Assembly (NCBI GenBank): GCA_050633245.1
Contig: JBOEGD010000010.1
Span: forward strand, 64,001-128,000
Source of the DNA: Calditrichia bacterium
GTDB taxonomy: Bacteria > Calditrichota > Calditrichia > RBG-13-44-9 > J075
Direction: 5' to 3'
Length of the DNA stretch: 64,000 nucleotides
Shown: piece by piece, positions 58,459-64,000 of the stretch
Layout of the letters: every line of letters begins with the position of its first letter
Position numbering within the stretch: the first letter of the stretch is position 1
The notes under the pieces: generated by a model
What the model saw: only the letters and a program-made list of their open reading frames with translations
Database searches by the model: none
Told to the model about the DNA's origin: nothing
Translations under genes and position numbers: made by a program

Positions 58459-60636
58459 CTAGGCAAGTCTTTCAAGTAGTTCATCAAGAATTTTCTTGGC
58501 GGCAATAGGGATGACCGTTCCAGGGCCAAAAATTGCCGATGCGCCATTATTATAAAGAAACTCATAATCTTGTGCTGGAATAACCCCGCCCACAACAATC
58601 ATGATATCATCGCGCTCAAGGGTTTCTAACTCTTCTACAAGCTGGGGAAGTAATGTTTTATGTCCGGCAGCCAGCGAGCTCATCCCAATAATATGCACAT
58701 CATTTTCAACAGCTTGGCGTGCGGTTTCAGCAGGTGTTTGAAAAAGCGAGCCGATATCTACATCGAACCCCAAATCGGCAAAGGCTGTCGCAATTACTTT
58801 TGCGCCGCGATCGTGCCCATCCTGTCCCATCTTGGCAATCATGATTCTTGGCCTACGCCCTTCTTCTGCTTCGAAACGCTCCACGCGTTCCTGAATATCA
58901 TCCACGGCATCTCCTTTTCCAAATGTGCTGCGATATACGCCAGAGATTGTTCGAATAACTGCAACATGCCTGCCGAATGCGGTTTCCATTGCGGTTGAAA
59001 TTTCGCCAAGACTGGCACGGGCTCTCGCTGCCTCAACAGACAGGGCCAGTAAATTATCACTGTCATTCTTTGCAGCGTCAGCAAGCTTTTCCAAGGCATT
59101 GTCTACGGCCTGTTGATCGCGCTCTGCTCGCAGCGTAGCAAGTCTTTGCAGCTGAGCTTCGCGAACCGCCGTATTATCGACTTCAAGAATATCTATCGGT
59201 TCTACTGTTTCGGGGCGATAGCGATTTACGCCAACAATCACCTCCTGGCCAGAGTCTATCTGTGCCTGTCGGCGAGCTGCGGCTTCTTCAATGCGCATCT
59301 TTGGCAATCCGGTTTCAATGGCCTTCGCCATGCCACCAAGCCCGTCTATCTCTTTTAAATGTTCCCAGCCCTTACGAATGAGAGCATCGGTAAGCGCCTC
59401 AACATAATACGAACCGCCCCAGGGGTCAATTACTCGGGTAATGCCCGTTTCTTCCTGAAGGAAAAGTTGAGTATTGCGTGCAATTCTCGCCGAAAAATCG
59501 GTTGGCAATGCAATGGCTTCATCGAGCGAGTTGGTGTGTAACGATTGGGTATGTCCCATGGCTGCTGCCATAGCTTCAATGCAGGTGCGTGCGACATTAT
59601 TGAAAGGGTCTTGCTCGGTTAAACTCCAGCCGGAGGTTTGGCTATGTGTTCGAAGCGCCATTGACTTCGGATTGGTCGGATTGAACTCTTTTATCAATCG
59701 GGCCCAGAGCACACGTGCCGCGCGCATTTTGGCAATCTCCATAAAATAGTTCATCCCTGTAGCCCAGAAGAATGACAGCCTGGGAGCAAAATCATCTATC
59801 GCAATACCGGCCTGCACACCAGCCCGAACGTATTCAAGGCCATCGGCGAGAGTGTAGGCCATTTCCAGGTCTGCCGTCGCGCCAGCCTCCTGCATGTGAT
59901 AGCCGGAAATGCTAATTGAGTTGAACCTGGGCATATGTCTGGAGGTGTAGGAAAAAATATCGGCGATGATACGCATCGAATGTTTTGGCGGATAGATATA
60001 TGTATTGCGCACCATATACTCTTTGAGAATATCGTTCTGGATAGTCCCGGCCAGCTTCTCTTGCGATACCCCCTGCTCTTCTGCAGTAACGATATAGAAT
60101 GCCATTATGGGTAACACAGCACCATTCATCGTCATGGAAACGGAAATGGCGTCTAAAGGAATTTTATCAAACAGAATTTTCATGTCCAGAATGGAATCAA
60201 TTGCCACTCCGGCCTTACCCACATCGCTTGTTACACGCTCGTGGTCAGAATCGTATCCACGATGAGTGGCAAGATCAAATGCAACAGACAACCCCTTTTG
60301 TCCCGCAGCAAGGTTGCGTCTATAAAACGCATTACTCTCTTCCGCAGTAGAAAAGCCGGCGTATTGCCGAACGGTCCAGGGTCGCATTACATACATCGTG
60401 GCATAGGGACCTCGCAAATAGGGAGCAACACCAGCTGTAAACTTTAGATGGCTGATATTTTTTATGTCGTTAGCAGTATACAATGGCTGAATAGGAATTT
60501 GCTCATTAGTGCGCCAAATGTCTTCTTCTACCCGGGAATCTGTTTCAGAAGAATACTTTCTGTTCCACTCCTTTTTATCAGAAGTGCCGCCGGGCATCTG
60601 CCAATCCATTGCCGAGAAGTCAGGAAATGTTTTCAT
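58459..60636 (-). CDS. mutB: Methylmalonyl-CoA mutase, catalytic (large) subunit
   Basis: [25 protein letters not shown]12-binding motif, SSLAAGH. ATG at 60636. Confidence 0.96.
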   Translation of the reverse strand: MKTFPDFSAMDWQMPGGTSDKKEWNRKYSSETDSRVEEDIWRTNEQIPIQPLYTANDIKNISHLKFTAGVAPYLRGPYATMYVMRPWTVRQYAGFSTAEESNAFYRRNLAAGQKGLSVAFDLATHRGYDSDHERVTSDVGKAGVAIDSILDMKILFDKIPLDAISVSMTMNGAVLPIMAFYIVTAEEQGVSQEKLAGTIQNDILKEYMVRNTYIYPPKHSMRIIADIFSYTSRHMPRFNSISISGYHMQEAGATADLEMAYTLADGLEYVRAGVQAGIAIDDFAPRLSFFWATGMNYFMEIAKMRAARVLWARLIKEFNPTNPKSMALRTHSQTSGWSLTEQDPFNNVARTCIEAMAAAMGHTQSLHTNSLDEAIALPTDFSARIARNTQLFLQEETGITRVIDPWGGSYYVEALTDALIRKGWEHLKEIDGLGGMAKAIETGLPKMRIEEAAARRQAQIDSGQEVIVGVNRYRPETVEPIDILEVDNTAVREAQLQRLATLRAERDQQAVDNALEKLADAAKNDSDNLLALSVEAARARASLGEISTAMETAFGRHVAVIRTISGVYRSTFGKGDAVDDIQERVERFEAEEGRRPRIMIAKMGQDGHDRGAKVIATAFADLGFDVDIGSLFQTPAETARQAVENDVHIIGMSSLAAGHKTLLPQLVEELETLERDDIMIVVGGVIPAQDYEFLYNNGASAIFGPGTVIPIAAKKILDELLERLA

Positions 60637-62732
60637 ATTTTTTCCTCCAGTGCCACAACAATATGCTGTAGCGCCTGCAAAATATCGCAACCGCTGTAAA
60701 TGAATCCGTCAACACCCGCAGTTCGCAAGGTGGCTTCGTTTTCACCGGGACGGCCAGCAATCAAAACCCGTGCGTCGATGCCGCTTTCGCGCATAGCTGC
60801 AACATAGGTTATCGCATGCTCCTTGTAAAGCGCGTCACTGCTACACAGAACGATCACCGCATCCTTGCGCTCTGGCAGGAGAGGGTAGAGAGAGAGTGAC
60901 TCATCAGGGTCTATGATACGATCGCCAGTTAAACCGGCAGTTGCAAAAAGATTCTCTGTAAACTCGACTCTCAGCCGGTAATCACGAGGCTTTCCCAGAC
61001 AAACAAAGGCAATGCTTCTCAATCCATTTGCTGCATTAACCCGCAATGCCTGCACATCTCTGCGAAGCTGCTCAAACATTTCCGCCCCACGCTGCATATT
61101 AAGCGTGGCAATTTCATGAATCTCAGAATCACCCAGAGACTTTGCAATTCCCGTCACTGTAATGCCGCCGCTGATTGCTCTACAAATTGTGTCAAAGGCT
61201 TCCTCATTGACCACGGAAAGCCCGGAGCTCATTGGGTTCGAGCGGTTTGCAGTCATGCTTGCAGAGTGTGTTTCAGAAGCGGCACTTTTTTCCGAATCTA
61301 AATTCAGGTTCTCAGCAGGATTCGCATATCGATTGCTCCCCACCAGCGTATCTTTCACTCTTCTTAAGCGTAAAAGTCGGTTCTCGGCCGTTGCGGCAAT
61401 TCGCTTTTGAAGTGCTGACGTTTTGAGCGACTCAAGAACTCCACCTTCAATTTCCAGCTCGCGAAAACAAGACCATGCCCTTTCAGCAAGTTGAGCCGTT
61501 AACTTTTCAACATAGGATGAGCCACCGGCAGGATCGACAACCCGATGAAAATGACTTTCTTCCCGCAGAATATGATGAATGTTTCTCGCTACCCTTCGCG
61601 AGAAGCTCGAAGAGTTTTCCGATAGGGCATTGAAAGGCGCAATATCGATACTGTTGCTACCACCAATCACGGCAGACATGGCCTCGGTGGTAGCACGCAG
61701 GATATTGACATGGGGGTCGAGCAATGTTTTATTCCAACGCGAGGTTTCACAATGGATTGTCATGTTCTGTGCAGCTTCGCCATCACCAAATTCTTCAAGT
61801 ATGCGAGTCCACAGCAAACGAGCTGCGCGTAGTTTGGCAATTTCCATAAAGAAATTCGAACCACAGGCAAATGAAAAGCAGAATTCATTAGCGAGAGTTG
61901 TCAAATCCGTTTCGGGGCGTTTGCTCAGTATGTTTCGCAGATAGGCAACCGCAATCGACATGGCAATTCCCAGCTCTTCGACAGCAGAGGCGCCTGCTGT
62001 ATGAAATGGGGTTACATCAACAGCGAGCAATTTAATATTCCGGAAGAAATTGGCCTTGTAGCCCTGTAACTGCTGTTGCTCTTTTAATAGATCCGCCATG
62101 CTGCGTGGCAGTACGCCGAGGCGAGCATAATCGGCAATAGGATCAGATATTATTCTACCGAAGATGTCGCCAGAAGACAAATTTTCCTGCTTCAGATAGG
62201 CACTTAATGCAGCTGCTAATACAGAGCTGCTGCTCGCATCGCAGCGAATAAATAGCGGAACGGCTGCAAGGTCGACATCCTGCAAAAGCCCGGAGAAATC
62301 TTTTATGTCGCGAATTATAATTGCACCTTCAATACGCGAATCAATTCCCGATGTCAGCAAAACACTTACGGCATTTTCGCCGGACTTTAATCCATCCAGA
62401 ATGGCTGAGTTTGCATCAACCGGAGACATTTTGCTAATGGTTTGGGCAATATGCCAGCCGCGCGTTTGGCCGGAAGCATTCACACCTCGTAAAAATGGCG
62501 TTTGGCCGGGGTAAGAGACCTGCAGCCTGTGTCCGAGTTCATCCCACATGCTATAAAGTGGCTGTAGAGTTATACCTTCCGGAGTTGACGTAAGAAGCGT
62601 TTTTTCGAACGACTTTCCCTTCAGCAGTTTATCTGCAGCTGTGCGCCACATATCAGGTGTTGCTTCATCGAAGAAACGCTCCAAATCCGGAGCTTCAGCG
62701 AGAGGTGGTTTAGCGAATTCATTCGTTTCCAT
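60633..62732 (-). CDS. mutA: Methylmalonyl-CoA mutase small subunit
   Basis: [33 protein letters not shown]. Lacks DxHxxG, as expected for this subunit. Confidence 0.88.
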   Translation of the reverse strand: METNEFAKPPLAEAPDLERFFDEATPDMWRTAADKLLKGKSFEKTLLTSTPEGITLQPLYSMWDELGHRLQVSYPGQTPFLRGVNASGQTRGWHIAQTISKMSPVDANSAILDGLKSGENAVSVLLTSGIDSRIEGAIIIRDIKDFSGLLQDVDLAAVPLFIRCDASSSSVLAAALSAYLKQENLSSGDIFGRIISDPIADYARLGVLPRSMADLLKEQQQLQGYKANFFRNIKLLAVDVTPFHTAGASAVEELGIAMSIAVAYLRNILSKRPETDLTTLANEFCFSFACGSNFFMEIAKLRAARLLWTRILEEFGDGEAAQNMTIHCETSRWNKTLLDPHVNILRATTEAMSAVIGGSNSIDIAPFNALSENSSSFSRRVARNIHHILREESHFHRVVDPAGGSSYVEKLTAQLAERAWSCFRELEIEGGVLESLKTSALQKRIAATAENRLLRLRRVKDTLVGSNRYANPAENLNLDSEKSAASETHSASMTANRSNPMSSGLSVVNEEAFDTICRAISGGITVTGIAKSLGDSEIHEIATLNMQRGAEMFEQLRRDVQALRVNAANGLRSIAFVCLGKPRDYRLRVEFTENLFATAGLTGDRIIDPDESLSLYPLLPERKDAVIVLCSSDALYKEHAITYVAAMRESGIDARVLIAGRPGENEATLRTAGVDGFIYSGCDILQALQHIVVALEEKI

Positions 62733-62800
62733 AAAGATTCCTGATGATAGAGTTCTGCTTCAAATTAAACAGAATTCATCCATCATTCCATGAAAATATT

Positions 62801-63508
62801 TCAAGTTATCAATCCAGCCTCCCGAAAACTATAAAAGTTGCGTGCGCCGATTATGATATGGTCAAGCACCGGAATATTTAGTAACTGTCCTGCTTCAACC
62901 ATACGCTGAGTAATCGACTCATCTTCGAAAGACGGCTTCACCTCTCCACTGGGGTGATTATGAAGTAAAATGATGCTCGCAGCCGTTTCAAGAATTGCAG
63001 CTTTGAAAACCTCACGCGGATGCACCAGGGAGGCATTAAGAATCCCTTCACTTATCTGAATATCGCGAACCAGAATATTAGCGCTGTTCAAAACAAGTAT
63101 CAGGAAACGCTCTTTTTTCAGATGAGCTAACTGTGGAGAATACCGCAAATAAACGGTTTCTGGCTCCGTTATCTTAAGACGTTCCTGCTTTGGAGCAACA
63201 GCCATGCGACGCCCCAACTCAAACGCAGAGATGAGCGTAACGGCCTTTGCCGGACCAAATCCATACAGACGAGCCAGTTCACTGGAGTTCATCGCAGCCA
63301 GATCATGTAAATGACCATAGCGAGATAAGATCCCCTTGGCAAGGTCAACCGCGCTGTGTTGGCGCGTGCCGGTTCGAATGAGAATTGCCAATAACTCGGC
63401 GTTGCTCAAACTTTCCGCACCAAGGCACATCAATTTCTCTCGCGGGCGTTCGCCTTCCGGCCAATTTCGAATAGATTCGCTATAGTGAAGTGAAGGTTCC
63501 TTTTCCAT
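62801..63508 (-). CDS. radC: RadC family JAB-domain protein
   Basis: RPREKL, ELLAILIRTG, HhH motif, HPREVF, HNHPSG...D, DHIII. ATG at 63508. Confidence 0.93.
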   Translation of the reverse strand: MEKEPSLHYSESIRNWPEGERPREKLMCLGAESLSNAELLAILIRTGTRQHSAVDLAKGILSRYGHLHDLAAMNSSELARLYGFGPAKAVTLISAFELGRRMAVAPKQERLKITEPETVYLRYSPQLAHLKKERFLILVLNSANILVRDIQISEGILNASLVHPREVFKAAILETAASIILLHNHPSGEVKPSFEDESITQRMVEAGQLLNIPVLDHIIIGARNFYSFREAGLIT

Positions 63509-63590
63509 AGTTCCCGCGTGTTTGGTAGAATTCAGGGAGACGCTCAATATCTCTTAGAGGAAAAGGTGTGTTTTTTGAATTTTGACTAAA

Positions 63591-64000
63591 TTAATTTCTG
63601 GCGAGAAGTTCTTTAAAGAAGCGTTCGACATTATTTACCATGCGCTCGACCGTGAAATTTTCCATTATTTGCTTTCGGGCAGCATCACCAATCGACTTTC
63701 GTTTCTCGGGATCAGCGAGAAGTTCGAGGACCGCCTGAGTCATTCTGTTGACATCACGCTCGTTAAAAACAATACCCATTTGGGGATCAGTAATCATTTC
63801 ACGCGTTCCACCGACATCAAATGAGACGACTGGCTTACCTGCGAACATCGCTTCCAGAACCACATTTGGCAATCCCTCATGATTCGAAGTTTGAATAACC
63901 ACATCACAAAGTGTGTAAAATTCCATCACGTTTTGCTGAAAACCGAGCATACGGACAGACTCTTCAATTCCTAACGACCTGGCATATGCTTCAATCTCTT
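63591..64000 (-). CDS. Glycosyltransferase family 4, 5' end outside window
   Basis: EGLPNVVLEAM EX7E motif. The frame is open to the window edge. Confidence 0.85.
   Translation of the reverse strand, partial: EIEAYARSLGIEESVRMLGFQQNVMEFYTLCDVVIQTSNHEGLPNVVLEAMFAGKPVVSFDVGGTREMITDPQMGIVFNERDVNRMTQAVLELLADPEKRKSIGDAARKQIMENFTVERMVNNVERFFKELLARN

Noticed and set aside
62733-62800. Cobalamin riboswitch ahead of the mutase genes
   Set aside because: The gap is only 68 bp and has no B12-box.
62801-63508. RadC as a marker of a mobile element
   Set aside because: It is the full-length HhH+JAB chromosomal type with no integrase or conjugation genes nearby.
41383-63508. Concentration of DNA repair genes (mutM, priA, recN, radA, radC) as a regulon
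   Set aside because: The genes are scattered among unrelated housekeeping genes, and I saw no shared upstream palindrome.

Overview
This is a gene-dense bacterial chromosome segment, mostly housekeeping. The FlgD/T9SS-like C-terminal sorting domain protein, eukaryote-type citrate synthase, Na+-type HppA and gene order suggest an FCB-group organism such as Calditrichota (inference). It carries purM (partial), a fadD-like ligase, peptidases, HtrA, two signalling clusters, a CLC transporter, a PrkA-YeaH-SpoVR operon with a fourth unknown gene, fdhD/mobA, tsaD, mutM, priA, rpsF-rpsR-rplI, hppA, pth, rplY, tRNA-Gln, recN, radA, mutA-mutB-meaB and radC. I found no CRISPR array, prophage, integrase or transposase. 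The best second-look items are: (1) the four-gene PrkA AAA+/vWA/SpoVR/unknown system; (2) a ~280-bp collapsed remnant of an FdhF/YdeP molybdoenzyme gene between intact fdhD and mobA, not captured as a single ORF by the track; (3) a citrate synthase with Gln at the conserved substrate-binding Arg; (4) several short intergenic repeat families, including a hairpin whose stems covary around a fixed core. Family assignments come from motif recognition, not database searches.
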